Assembly: GCA_000214015.2 (NCBI GenBank)
Contig: CAID01000010.2
Coordinates: 433,626 to 463,867 of the forward strand
Length of the DNA stretch: 30,242 nt
From: Ostreococcus tauri
Lineage: Eukaryota
Reading direction: 5' to 3'
A program made the translations under genes and the position numbers. Below, in pieces: positions 7,263-17,200 of the stretch. The notes below the pieces were generated by a model that did no database searches, had not been told where the DNA came from, and saw nothing but the letters and a program-made list of their open reading frames with translations. Each line of letters begins with the position of its first letter. Position 1 is the first letter of the stretch.

Positions 7263-10181
7263 ATGCGCATCGCCGACGCGCGCGCGCGCACGGAGACCTC
7301 GCCCGCGCGCGCGCTCGCCCGCGCGCGGTCGAGCGTCGGCGACGCCGGGCGAGCGCGCGCGAACGAAAGTGCGCCGAGGACGCGGATCGAGGCGAGCATG
7401 ATGATTCGCTCGCTCGCGCGACGGCGAACGGGGCCGTCGTCCACGCGCGTGGGGGGCGGCGCCAGGGTGCGGGCGGCGTCGGAGGGATCGGATGACGTCG
7501 GGACGTCGACGTCGTACACGTATCGGGACGACGCGCGGGAGACGCGACGGCTGGCGGCTGGGTTGTCTCGGCTCTCGTTGGGGAACGCGAACGCGAGCGG
7601 GGGGCGGACGTTCGCCTCGCAACCGGCTGCGATGTACGGGGACGATGGGATGGGTTCCGCGCCGGGGGGGGTGGGCGCGGACGTGCCGAGGATTCGCGGT
7701 GAGATTAAGCGCGTGACGTTTCACTCGAAGGACAACGGGTACACCGTGGCGCGCATGGAAGTGGATGGTTCGTGCGAGCTCCCACCGGGCGCGCTGGCGA
7801 CGCCGAAGCGACGACGGAAGGACTCAAAGCCGACGCCCACGGTGACGGTGGTCGGGACGCTTCCGGGTGTGAGTGAAGGGCAGATGTTGGAGCTCGTCGG
7901 ACAGTGGAAAGAAAACGCGAAGTACGGAGTCGAGTTCGTCATCACCGGCGCCCCGACCGAGTTGAAGCCGTCGAACGAGGATGGTATGTTGAGATATTTG
8001 AGTGGTGGCGCCTTGCCGGGGTGTGGGAAAGTCACCGCGCAGCGTCTCGTCGATCACTTCGGCGTGAATCTGATGGATGTGTTGAATTCGCCGGACGCTG
8101 CGAAGAAACTTATGAAGTGCGACGGAATCGGTCCCAAGACGGCGCAAAAGCTTAAAACGAACTGGGACGAGACGCAAGGAAAACGAGATGCGGCGGTATT
8201 CCTCGAAAAGCACGGCGTACCGCTGCCTTTGGCGCAGCGAGCGGCGGCGCAGTACGGTCCAATGACGGAGGACCTGATTCGCAACAATCCGTTTGAGGCT
8301 CTCGGATCGGTGAGAGGTGCGACGTTCCATCGCATAGACGCGCTGGCGTCTAAACTCGGTAAAGAACCCGACGATCCCGCGCGTTTGGGTGCGGCCATCA
8401 TAGAAGTCTTGAGCGCCGCTGCGGTGAGTAGCGGACACGCGTACTTGCCGTGGTCCAAAATCGTCGACGGCGTCCGCACTTTGGTTGGACAATCCGCCAT
8501 TATCGACGACGATAACATGCGTGCGGCGGCGGAGGCGATGCGTCGTAAGGGTGAAATACGCGTGCAGCGACTCCCAGATCCCAAGTCCCCTCCCGGCTCC
8601 ATCGATCCGTTTGAGGGCGACTGGAGCACGGCGGCTCTGTATACGAGCGCCATGCATAGTGCGGAAGTCGCCGTCGCATCGGACTTGACGAATCGAATGA
8701 AGCGATCGAACATTAAGGTTGATTCTGCGCGCGTTGAGCGATGGCTCGAGGCGGCGGCGCAGAAAGAAGGCTGGCGCACTCTGAGTGAAACACAAAAGGG
8801 CTTCGTACGGGTTGCATTGGAGTCTCCGGTGACAATCCTCACAGGAGGTCCGGGGACAGGGAAGACGTTCGCAACGCACGTCATCGTGCGGCTTTGGCGC
8901 GCGATGGGCAAGAGTGTGGTCATGTGCGCCCCAACGGGCCGCGCGGCGCAGCGGTTGATGGAGATCACGACCGCGGGTCGCGACATTGTGAATCCCATCA
9001 TGAGCTCGACGATTCATCGCTTGTTAGAGTTTAGAGCTACGGACGCGTTGGAGGGCATGGAAGACGACGGTCCTCTGCAAGCGCTGTCGTACAAGGGTAG
9101 ATTCTCCCGGGACGCGAAGAATCCGATTCAGGCGGACGTCGTCGTCATTGACGAGAGCTCCATGCTCGATCTTCCGCTCGCCGCCGCGCTCCTGGCAGCG
9201 ATACCCGCCAATGCGCAGGTTGTCTTTGTGGGTGACGCCGATCAGCTCCCTTCCGTGGGACCGGGCAGTCTCCTTCGAGATATGCTCGCCGCTCAAAGCG
9301 TGCCGAGTGTGGCGCTGACGGATATTTTTCGCCAAGCGGCGGCGAGTGGTATCGTACGCGCCGCGCACGCTATAAACGCTGGCGCATTCATCCCAGCGGA
9401 TATCAAGGAGACGAGGTACGACGTGACCATGAACGAGCTCCGCGTCGTCGCCGATGCGATCGATGCCAGCGCACCGCCGAGTGATCCGGAACTCAAACCC
9501 GATTGTCTCTGGGTGAGCCTCCCAAACGAGTCGAACGCGAGCGTCGAAGCCGTCCTGGATCACGTCCTCAACGACGTCCTTCCGGCTCGAGGCTTCTCAC
9601 CGAACGATTTGCAGGTGTTATCACCCATGCGCCGAGGCGTTGCGAGCACTGGAGCCCTGAATAGCTGGCTCCAGGCTTCCCTGAACCCGAGCTGCGACAG
9701 CAAGGCAGAGGTAACCGTAGGTAGCTTTTACGGCGATATCACCTTTCGAGAGGGCGATAGAGTGCTCCAGCAGCGCAATGATTACGATAAAGAGGTTTTC
9801 AACGGCGATCTCGGCACGATTCGTCGCATCAATGCAAACGATGGTAGTGCCATCGTGAGCTTCGGCGCCGACCTGCGAGAGATTCCGTACACTAAGAGCG
9901 AGCTTCGAGATTTGATCCCGGCGTACGCCATGACGATTCACAAGGCGCAGGGCAGCGAGTATCGAGCCGTCGTCCTCGTCATGACCAACGCCCACAGGCC
10001 TCTGCTCCGAAGAGAACTCCTCTACACGGGCGTCACGCGCGCCAAGGAGCTCCTCGTCGTCGTCGCCCCGAGATCCGCACTGTCCGTCGCGATCGAGACG
10101 CACGGCAAGGACAGCCGGTGCAGCGGTCTCGTCGACCGTCTCGCCGGGAGCGTCCGCGCGCCCCCGATGCGACCTCGATGA
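7263..10181 (+). CDS. recD2: RecD2-like (RecD/TraA family) SF1B DNA helicase with about 140-aa N-terminal extension
   Basis: ATG verified at 7263; an alternative ATG at 7398 (MMIRSLARRRTGPSS...) looks like a presequence. N-terminal OB-like module (IKRVTFHSKDNGYTVARMEV...TVVGTLPGVSEGQMLELVGQW), HhH (LPGCGKVTAQRLVDHFG), Walker A LTGGPGTGKTF, CAPTGRAAQRL, VVVIDESSMLD, VFVGDADQLPSVGPG, SH3-like NDYDKEVFNGDLGTI, MTIHKAQGSEY and LLYTGVTRAKELLVVV. Confidence 0.9.
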   Translation: MRIADARARTETSPARALARARSSVGDAGRARANESAPRTRIEASMMIRSLARRRTGPSSTRVGGGARVRAASEGSDDVGTSTSYTYRDDARETRRLAAGLSRLSLGNANASGGRTFASQPAAMYGDDGMGSAPGGVGADVPRIRGEIKRVTFHSKDNGYTVARMEVDGSCELPPGALATPKRRRKDSKPTPTVTVVGTLPGVSEGQMLELVGQWKENAKYGVEFVITGAPTELKPSNEDGMLRYLSGGALPGCGKVTAQRLVDHFGVNLMDVLNSPDAAKKLMKCDGIGPKTAQKLKTNWDETQGKRDAAVFLEKHGVPLPLAQRAAAQYGPMTEDLIRNNPFEALGSVRGATFHRIDALASKLGKEPDDPARLGAAIIEVLSAAAVSSGHAYLPWSKIVDGVRTLVGQSAIIDDDNMRAAAEAMRRKGEIRVQRLPDPKSPPGSIDPFEGDWSTAALYTSAMHSAEVAVASDLTNRMKRSNIKVDSARVERWLEAAAQKEGWRTLSETQKGFVRVALESPVTILTGGPGTGKTFATHVIVRLWRAMGKSVVMCAPTGRAAQRLMEITTAGRDIVNPIMSSTIHRLLEFRATDALEGMEDDGPLQALSYKGRFSRDAKNPIQADVVVIDESSMLDLPLAAALLAAIPANAQVVFVGDADQLPSVGPGSLLRDMLAAQSVPSVALTDIFRQAAASGIVRAAHAINAGAFIPADIKETRYDVTMNELRVVADAIDASAPPSDPELKPDCLWVSLPNESNASVEAVLDHVLNDVLPARGFSPNDLQVLSPMRRGVASTGALNSWLQASLNPSCDSKAEVTVGSFYGDITFREGDRVLQQRNDYDKEVFNGDLGTIRRINANDGSAIVSFGADLREIPYTKSELRDLIPAYAMTIHKAQGSEYRAVVLVMTNAHRPLLRRELLYTGVTRAKELLVVVAPRSALSVAIETHGKDSRCSGLVDRLAGSVRAPPMRPR

Positions 10182-10214
10182 ACCCTTTCTCCGCCGCCGA
10201 GCGCGGCAAAGGAT

Positions 10215-10219
10215 TGTAA
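10215..10219 (+). terminator. TGTAA putative poly(A) signal (RecD2-like)
   Basis: TGTAA 33 nt after the stop at 10179-10181. Confidence 0.4.
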
Positions 10220-10515
10220 ACCTTTTGATCGCGTGCTTTTCGCCCCCAAGTGATCGCGAAACGTCCGACCGTCGCCCACGACCCCCCTCTATCCTCCACC
10301 GGCGCCTCTTGTACGCGCGCACACTCAGCGCGCGCCTCGACCCCCCCCCGCAGTTCGCGTCGACGCGCGCCGCGACCGCGTCGACGGACTCGTCGACCGC
10401 GGATATCGCCGAGGCATCACCGCCGGGCGTCGATCGAACGCCCGAGCGTCGCACGCGAAGCGATTGAAGGTTGAACAGAGGCGAATTCTACGCCTTAACC
10501 GCGTGTGAACGACGA

Positions 10516-11907
10516 ATGTCGTCCTGGCGCGCGCGATCGGCGCTCGCTCGCGCGGCGGCGCGGGTGACGTCGAATAAACAGGTCACGCGGGGGTTATACG
10601 CCGCGGATGCGAGCGCGGCGACGACGGTGGCGTTGCACGGGCGGGTTAACCAGAACGCGAGCGGGACGGAGGAACGGCGAGCGAGCCCGAGCGGGTCGAC
10701 GGGAGGCGTCGACGCGGCGATCGGCAGAGGTGCGAGCGCTTCGACGAATTCGACGAAGGGACGGAAGTTGATCGATACGTTTCCGAAGGATGTTGTGGAC
10801 GACATCTATCGAGGGAGCTTTCGAAGCCAGACCGGGGTGAGCCTGAAGTACATGATGGATTTCGGCGCGCAGCCGATTCACCGGCAGATGATGGTAAGCG
10901 CGCAGTTCTTACGAAACGAGCTTCCGGTACGATTGGCGCATCGCGTGGCGGAGTTGGAAAATTTGCCCTTCGGGTTGAGCGACATGTCGCAGGTGCTTGA
11001 CGTGAGAGACTGGTACGTCGAGTCGTTCAGGGAACTGCGAAGCTTCCCAGAAATAGAGAGCATGGAGGACGAGGAAAAATTTACAAACATGCTCAAGCGC
11101 GTGATGTTGAGGCACGAAAACGTGGTTCCCATGATTGCCAGGGCGGTGTTGGAGCTTAAAGATCGTCTGTCGAAGGAGAAACCGAGAGAGTCGAAGCCGC
11201 AGATTCGACGGGGCGGCACGTACGCAACGATGGATTTGAACGAGTTTCCAGAGGTGCATCAATTCTTAGATGGGTTTTACATGAGTAGAATTGGGATCCG
11301 CATGCTCATCGGGCAGCACATCGCTTTGCACGAGCCTGCGAAGGATGGGTACATCGGAATGATTTGCACAAAATTGAGCCCGCTCGAGGTAGCCAGGGAC
11401 GCTAGCGCGGACGCCCGGGCGATTTGCATGCGCGAGTACGGCGACGCGCCCGAGGTGGAACTCTTCGGCGAGGAGGATTTTACGTTTGCCTACGTCCCGG
11501 GGCACTTGCACCAAATGCTCTTCGAGCTTATTAAGAACTCGCTGCGAGCGGTAAGCGACAAGTACGCGGATAGCGATAAGACGCCTCCACCAATTCGGAT
11601 CATTATCGCCGAAGGCGCGGAAGACGTGACGATCAAGGTAACAGATGAAGGTGGTGGCATTCGCCGAAGCGGTCTGGAAAAGATTTGGACGTATCTTTAC
11701 AGCACAGCGCAAAGCCCACTGAAGGACATGGACGACGATTCGTCGGGTCCCACCGTCTTGGCAGGTTATGGATACGGTCTTCCGCTTTCAAGGCTGTACG
11801 CCAGATACTTTGGCGGCGACTTGCAAGTAATTTCGATGGAAAATTACGGCACAGACGCTTACTTGCACTTGAACCGCCTCGGAAACATGGCGGAGCCGCT
11901 CCCGTAA
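10516..11907 (+). CDS. PDK: mitochondrial pyruvate dehydrogenase kinase (PDK/BCKDK family, GHKL ATPase)
   Basis: The track start 10471 is TTG. The first ATG is 10516 (MSSWRARSALARAAARV..., presequence-like). VSLKYMMDFG, FLRNELPVRLAHRV, FLDGFYMSRIGIRMLIGQH, N-box FELIKNSLRA, G1 VTDEGGGI and G2 GYGYGLPLSRLYARYFGGDL. Confidence 0.92.
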   Translation: MSSWRARSALARAAARVTSNKQVTRGLYAADASAATTVALHGRVNQNASGTEERRASPSGSTGGVDAAIGRGASASTNSTKGRKLIDTFPKDVVDDIYRGSFRSQTGVSLKYMMDFGAQPIHRQMMVSAQFLRNELPVRLAHRVAELENLPFGLSDMSQVLDVRDWYVESFRELRSFPEIESMEDEEKFTNMLKRVMLRHENVVPMIARAVLELKDRLSKEKPRESKPQIRRGGTYATMDLNEFPEVHQFLDGFYMSRIGIRMLIGQHIALHEPAKDGYIGMICTKLSPLEVARDASADARAICMREYGDAPEVELFGEEDFTFAYVPGHLHQMLFELIKNSLRAVSDKYADSDKTPPPIRIIIAEGAEDVTIKVTDEGGGIRRSGLEKIWTYLYSTAQSPLKDMDDDSSGPTVLAGYGYGLPLSRLYARYFGGDLQVISMENYGTDAYLHLNRLGNMAEPLP

Positions 11908-11950
11908 TTCGTAACCAAGCTCGCGCCGCGCGTCGATTTTCAGACTAGAG

Positions 11951-11955
11951 TGTAA
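11951..11955 (+). terminator. TGTAA putative poly(A) signal (PDK)
   Basis: TGTAA 43 nt after the stop at 11905-11907. Confidence 0.4.
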
Positions 11956-12125
11956 CAGTAAGACCCGAGTTGGAATAACGTCTCGCGCTCCGTAATTACA
12001 CGTATTGAAACTATAGTCTATCCGATGTGGTGGTCCGCTTGTCTCGTGTGAGTGAACGCCGCGCTAACAAAAACCGCGCGACGCTCCGATGATCAAGTCG
12101 AAGCTCGTAAAGGTGGACGTGTCTC

Positions 12126-14108
12126 TCAGCTGAGAGCGCTGATGTGGCCCTTCAGGCGCTGTTTTTGAGCGTCAGTGCAGTGATGCATGAGAGCACGAAG
12201 CAAGTCGCGCGGGAGCGAACCGTCGCGTCGCTGAATGGCGTTCACGGCGTGCTTGTCGAACACGGAGAACACCATGCCGAACGCTGCACCGAATGCCTTG
12301 TGCGTCGACGGCGAAATCTCAAGCAAATGAGCGCGTTCGAGCGACATCGCGAGCGCACCGACGAGAGCACCGGTGGTAGAACTACCACTCGTGAGCGGTG
12401 CGAGCTGTTGCTTTGCCTCGGCGAGGTCCAGACCCATCGCGACGGCGCCGACGGTACCCTCTACGGCGACTGCGTTCATCAGTTGGACAGAATCTGCCGC
12501 GGCTCGAAGGAGAGCCTCCGCGCTGGGGTTGTTGATCGCGTTCTTACCACCGATGAGCATACCAACGTTACGCAGGATCGCCCACACGAGCGTCGCCGCG
12601 GCGGCGGAACCGAGCGGGAACCTCGGCAGTGCGTCGGCCAAGAGAATTCTGCCCTTTGGAAGCGTGACGATGCGTTGGAACACGCCGTCGTGCTCTGCGC
12701 CCCCCGCGACGAGCACCGGAACCGAGGGTAAAAGAAGTGTGCTGATGAGGCCGTCCAACAAGAACGTGCGACGCTTCTTCAAGTCCTCCTCGCTCTCGCT
12801 CGGTCGGCCCTCTTCGAGTTGGCGATCGATGTCATCGACGTCGAGAAGTAGACACATGGAATCCTCGATCATGATGCGCGCCGCGAGAAGCGGTTCTTGC
12901 TCCAATCTGCGCTGCTCGCCCTCGCCGGACTGTTCACCGTCGCCCTTTGGCGCGCTGCTCTTGGACATGTCCAAAAGCGGCTTGGGCGAGCGAATATTTC
13001 CGAACGGCACCTTGCCGAGACCATCCAAGCCGGGAACAAACGTCACGGGTCCACGCGCTTCCTTCACGTGTGATGCGAGCTCGCGAAGGGCCTCGGGACA
13101 GAACGGCTCCTTGAGCTTCGACGGGTTGTTTCGACGGAGCCACGATTGGTAGAAATAATCGTGTTCGTACGCCGTGCGATCGTTCGGGTGCGTGGCGCTC
13201 CATTGGATGCGCAGAATGCCCTCTATCTCGTCGTTCGCCATGTACAAGCCGTTGTAATGCGGTCGTCCCCTCGGCCTTTGTTCGCGGGGTCGTCGTCCGA
13301 CATCGCGCGGACGGTTTTCTTGACCCGCGGGCCAGTTACCCGGCGGCGGCGCGCGCACGCCCGGCATACCCGGCACGTCCATCGGCACCGCGTTCATCGT
13401 CGGTCCATCGGCCCACTCCGGAAGCGCTTCGCCGCGATAGGTCTGATTCGATCGTCGTTGATTCGGCGGCGGTCCCGTCATCCCCGGCGGCGGCGGTCCC
13501 ATCATCCCCGGCGGCGGCGGTCCCGTCATCCCCGGCGGCGGCGGTCCCATCATCCCCGGCGGCGGCGGTCCCATCATCCCAGGCGGCGGCGGCATCCCAC
13601 CCATCATCCCCACCCCCCCATCCGGTCCCCGCGGCGCCGTCGCCCGCGCGTACGCCTCCCGCTCGATCTCCTCCCGCGTCTTCGCGTTCACCGGCGCCCG
13701 TCCCAACGCGTTCGGATTCAACAAATCACTCGGTCGCAACAACGGCGCACCGTAATTCAAAGCCGCCGCCCGCATCATCGCCTCCTCCTCCCGCGTCGAC
13801 GCGATGTACACCTCCTCCGTCTCCGTCCGCGTCGTCATCGCCGCGAGATCGTCCTCGAGCTCCCCCCCCAGCTCCCCCTCGAGCGAGGGATCGCTCGGCG
13901 CGTCGAAGAATCCACCACTACGCCCACGCCCACGTCCGTCGTCGTCGTCAGTCGCGTCGTCGCGCCGCGGGCACCCATTCGCGCCGTCGTTCGATCGCGC
14001 CGTCGATCGCGTCGATGCGTTCGCGTCGCGTCGCCCATCGTCCCCCATCGTCGCCGCGCGAGGCGACGCGCGCGCCCGGTCCTCGAACGCGCTCGGTGCG
14101 CACCTCAT
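12126..14108 (-). CDS. PAT1: PAT1 homologue (mRNA decapping/decay activator, topoisomerase II-associated protein PAT1 family)
   Basis: C-terminal two thirds of track ORF 12126..15299. N-terminal GGFFDAPSDPSLEGELGGELEDD (FDASQY.FFG...ELGG-like), a Pro-rich middle, then the PAT1 core YMANDEIEGILRIQWSATHPNDRTAYEHDYFYQSWL (compare MT..EIE.ILRMQ...TH...PY..DYY.Q). ATG candidates are 14108 (MRCAPS) and 14048 (MGDDG). The ORF part above 14108 is antisense to NEMF. Confidence 0.8.
   Translation of the reverse strand: MRCAPSAFEDRARASPRAATMGDDGRRDANASTRSTARSNDGANGCPRRDDATDDDDGRGRGRSGGFFDAPSDPSLEGELGGELEDDLAAMTTRTETEEVYIASTREEEAMMRAAALNYGAPLLRPSDLLNPNALGRAPVNAKTREEIEREAYARATAPRGPDGGVGMMGGMPPPPGMMGPPPPGMMGPPPPGMTGPPPPGMMGPPPPGMTGPPPNQRRSNQTYRGEALPEWADGPTMNAVPMDVPGMPGVRAPPPGNWPAGQENRPRDVGRRPREQRPRGRPHYNGLYMANDEIEGILRIQWSATHPNDRTAYEHDYFYQSWLRRNNPSKLKEPFCPEALRELASHVKEARGPVTFVPGLDGLGKVPFGNIRSPKPLLDMSKSSAPKGDGEQSGEGEQRRLEQEPLLAARIMIEDSMCLLLDVDDIDRQLEEGRPSESEEDLKKRRTFLLDGLISTLLLPSVPVLVAGGAEHDGVFQRIVTLPKGRILLADALPRFPLGSAAAATLVWAILRNVGMLIGGKNAINNPSAEALLRAAADSVQLMNAVAVEGTVGAVAMGLDLAEAKQQLAPLTSGSSTTGALVGALAMSLERAHLLEISPSTHKAFGAAFGMVFSVFDKHAVNAIQRRDGSLPRDLLRALMHHCTDAQKQRLKGHISALS
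13464..13612. repeat. 24-bp coding tandem repeat (about 5.5 copies) encoding (GMM/TGPPPP)n in PAT1
   Basis: Plus strand CGGCGGCGG-TCCC(G/A)TCATCCCC repeated. It translates on the minus strand as PPPPGMMGPPPPGMMGPPPPGMTGPPPPGMMGPPPPGMTGPPP. Copies differ only at the G/A giving Met versus Thr. Confidence 0.9.
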
Positions 14109-14255
14109 CGCGTCGGCGTCGGCGTCGCGACGCGCGCGCGCGCGCGTGTGTGTCGCATCGCATCGCGAGGGGGTCACGCACGAGTCATGACTCAGACACA
14201 CACCCCACCCAGAGTGCCAGGCGCCCCATCGCGTCGACATCGCGCGACGCCGACG
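14109..14255. promoter_or_regulatory. inferred bidirectional promoter (PAT1 / NEMF), 147 nt between divergent ATGs
   Basis: Divergent ATGs at 14108 (-) and 14256 (+). The distance is 207 nt if PAT1 starts at 14048. Confidence 0.35.
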
Positions 14256-17200
14256 ATGCCCAAGCGCAAGTACACCGCGTTCGACGTCGCGGCGTCCACG
14301 GCGGCGATACGACGCCTCGCCCTCGGGTGCGCGCTCGCGAACGCGCGCGACGTCGACGGCGAAGGCGGCGACGCGGTGATGATGACGTTCAATCGCCCAT
14401 CGCGCGACGGCGACGGCGTCGAGTCGCGCGCGCGCGTGCGCGTGGTGATCGACCCGTCGTCGCGGGCGCACGTGACGTCGTACGCGCGCGCGCGCGATGG
14501 GACCCCGAGCGCGTTCGTGATGGCGGTGCGACGGGCGGCGCGCGGGAAAAAGTTGCGGGACGCGCGGCAGTTGGGACGCGACCGCGCGATGGATTTGACC
14601 TTTGGCGCGGGCGACGGCGCGTGTCACGTCATCGTTGAACTGTTTGGACGAGGGAACGTGATCGTGACGGATGCGAATTATACCGTCGCGCGGGCGCTTC
14701 GGACGCGTCGGGACGACGATGTGAAGACGCGGGTCGAGGCGAATCAACCGTATTCGCTCGCGCGGTTTCACGCGTGGCGACCGTACGGAAAGGCGGATGT
14801 GGTCAGCGCGTTGGCCACCGCGCGCGTGGTCGCGGGTGATGGCGAGTTGGGGGTGGAGGATGTGACGGCGGTGGACGCGCGGCGGCCGGCGACGCTGCGC
14901 GAGGCGCTGTGTCGAGCGTTCGGGTACTCGCCGCCGATCGCCGAGCACGTCGCGCGCGCGGCGGGCGTGCTCGACGGATCGAACGCGGCGTTGCCGTTTG
15001 CGGACGACGTGCGCGAGCGGTACGTCGATGGGCTCACGCGCGCGATTGAGGACATCGAGAGCTGGTTCGAGGGGGTCACCACGGGGAAACGCGTCGCCGA
15101 CGCGCCGAGAGTGTACACGAAGATGGACGCCAAGGCGGACGGCACGGATGAGATCGAGGTCGTGGATGATTTCGCTCCGTTTGAGCTCAAGCAAAACGAG
15201 GGACGGCGGACGAAGACGTACGAACTGCCGAAAGGTTTGGATCCCGCGCTCGCGTTCGATCACTACGTGGACGAGTACTTCAACGAACTCGATTCGCAAT
15301 CCGTCATTTTACAACGTCGCAAGGCTGAAGCGCAGGCAATCGCAAGGCTCGAAAAGACGCTGCGGGATCAAAAGAATCGAGTCGAACAGCTCGAGCGCGA
15401 GCGCGAGCTGGAGGAACAGCGCGCGGTGTTGATAGAGTATAATCACGAAGCCGTGGACGTGGCCATCGAGGCGGTGAATTCGGCGCTCGCGAGCGGAATG
15501 TCTTGGGATGAGTTGGAGGCGATGATTAAGGAGGAGCGGCGACTCGGGAACCCGGTGGCGGGAATGATCAAATCCATGGATTTAGCGAATAACGAGATCA
15601 CGATCACGCTGGAGAATCACCTTGACGAACTCGGCGAGGATGAGGACGCTTTGGGGAAAAAGAAACGCGTCGCCGTGAGCGTAGACTTAGGATTGAGCGC
15701 GCACGCCAACGCGTCGGTTCGATTCGCGGCGAAGAAAAAGAACGCGGATAAGTTTGAAAAGACGCTCAACGCCCAGAACAAGGCTGTCGCTGCCGCGGAG
15801 TCGAAGATGAAATCCGCGATGGAGCGCGCGGCGAACGTCGTCGTCGCTACGCGCGCGAGACAGCCGCTCTGGTTTGAAAAGTTTCACTGGTTCATCACGA
15901 GTGAAAACTGTTTGGTGATTCAGGCAAAGGATGCGACGCAGGCGGAAATGATTTTATCGCGATACGCCCTTCCTGGCGACGCTTTCGTGCACGCGGACGT
16001 GCCGCAGGCGCCGGTGACCGTCGTCAAGCCGCCGCCGGGATCGGACGTCAGAGCGGTGCCGGCGTACTCCCTCGTCCAGGCTGGCGCGGCTGTGATGTGC
16101 CGAAGCGGAGCGTGGTCCTCTCGCGCTGTAAAGTCGGCGTGGTGGATCCCGATCGAGCGCGTGAGCAAGATCTCTCCCGTCGCGGGCGATGCCTTACCCC
16201 CGGGAGTCGTGCACGTGGCGCACGCGGAGAAACAATTTCTTCCGCACACGCAGCTCGTCATGGGGTTTGGGCTCATGTTCGTCGTGAGCGAAAAGTGCGA
16301 GGAAGCGCACAAGAATGATCGTTTGATTCGAAGCGATTTCAATATTCTTTTAGATGAGGAAAACGAGGAAGAGGACGAAGAGGAGGAGAAGGAAATTAGC
16401 GGCGGCGACGATTCAGAGTCTGTCGAAAACGAGGATAAAGAGGTGGACAAGCTCGCAGCCTTCTTAGACGGTGCCGTGGGATTCGCGGGAGAGGGTGTGG
16501 AAGGAAAGGACAGCGACGACGTTGACGGTGACGATGACAGAGAGCGGGACGACGGCGGCGACGGCGTCGATGGCGACGCTGTGCGATATCGCGCGCCTCA
16601 AAAGGCGCAGCAACCGTCCTCGTCGGGACCTCGCATGTCCGCCAAGGAGCGAAAGGCACAGAAGAAGAAGAAACAAAATAGAAGCGGTCGCGATGATTCG
16701 GACGACGACGACGACGATTTCGTCGACCCACTCGCGGCGTTAGGGGGTGGGAACAAAAAGGCGGCAAACAAGGATCGCGCCGACGGATCGAGCGCCAATA
16801 AGCCTGCGCCGCGCGGCAAGGCGGCGAAACTCAAGAAGATCAAGGCAAAGTACGCAGACCAAGACGAAGAAGACCGTGAATTGGCGATGAAACTCCTCGG
16901 CGCCGAAGGTAGGAAAAAGTCTGCCGGAATGACGAAGAAAGCCGCGCGAATGAAGGAAAAGGCGGCGAACGATTTCGAGGAGCGAAAGCTCACAAAGCCT
17001 CAGGTCCCGAGCGCCCCGGAGCCGGCGCCGCCAAAGTGGAAGAGAAATGAGAGCGCCGCCGATATGAGCGCCGACGTCGACGTAGGCGAGGCCCAGCCCA
17101 AGGTCGAGATGCCGCTCGAGGAGCGATTGAAGATTGAGTCGGAGCGACTCTCGATTATCAATCGAATCGTCGCCTTCCCGCTCCGCCACGACGAGATCGA

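Noticed and set aside
6352-10181. HU + RecD2-like (+ RecA at 24929-26275) as a bacterial operon or contaminant contig
   Set aside because: They are interleaved with strictly eukaryotic genes (PEX11, PAT1, NEMF, WEE1). They carry presequences, share the host's extreme GC3 codon usage, are on different strands, and show TGTAA signals and likely spliceosomal introns.
13915-13952. ACTGACG followed 27 nt later by AG within the PAT1 5' coding region, as a fourth intron
   Set aside because: The ORF is continuous and in frame here with upstream ATGs, and the string encodes D-A-T-D-D-D-D. Nothing requires splicing.
14109-15299. Upstream 400 codons of the 1057-aa minus-strand ORF as an N-terminal extension of PAT1
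   Set aside because: The composition is Arg/His/Val-rich junk exactly antisense to the well-supported NFACT-N domain. The PAT1 N-terminal FDA...ELGG motif lies just downstream of the ATGs at 14108/14048.
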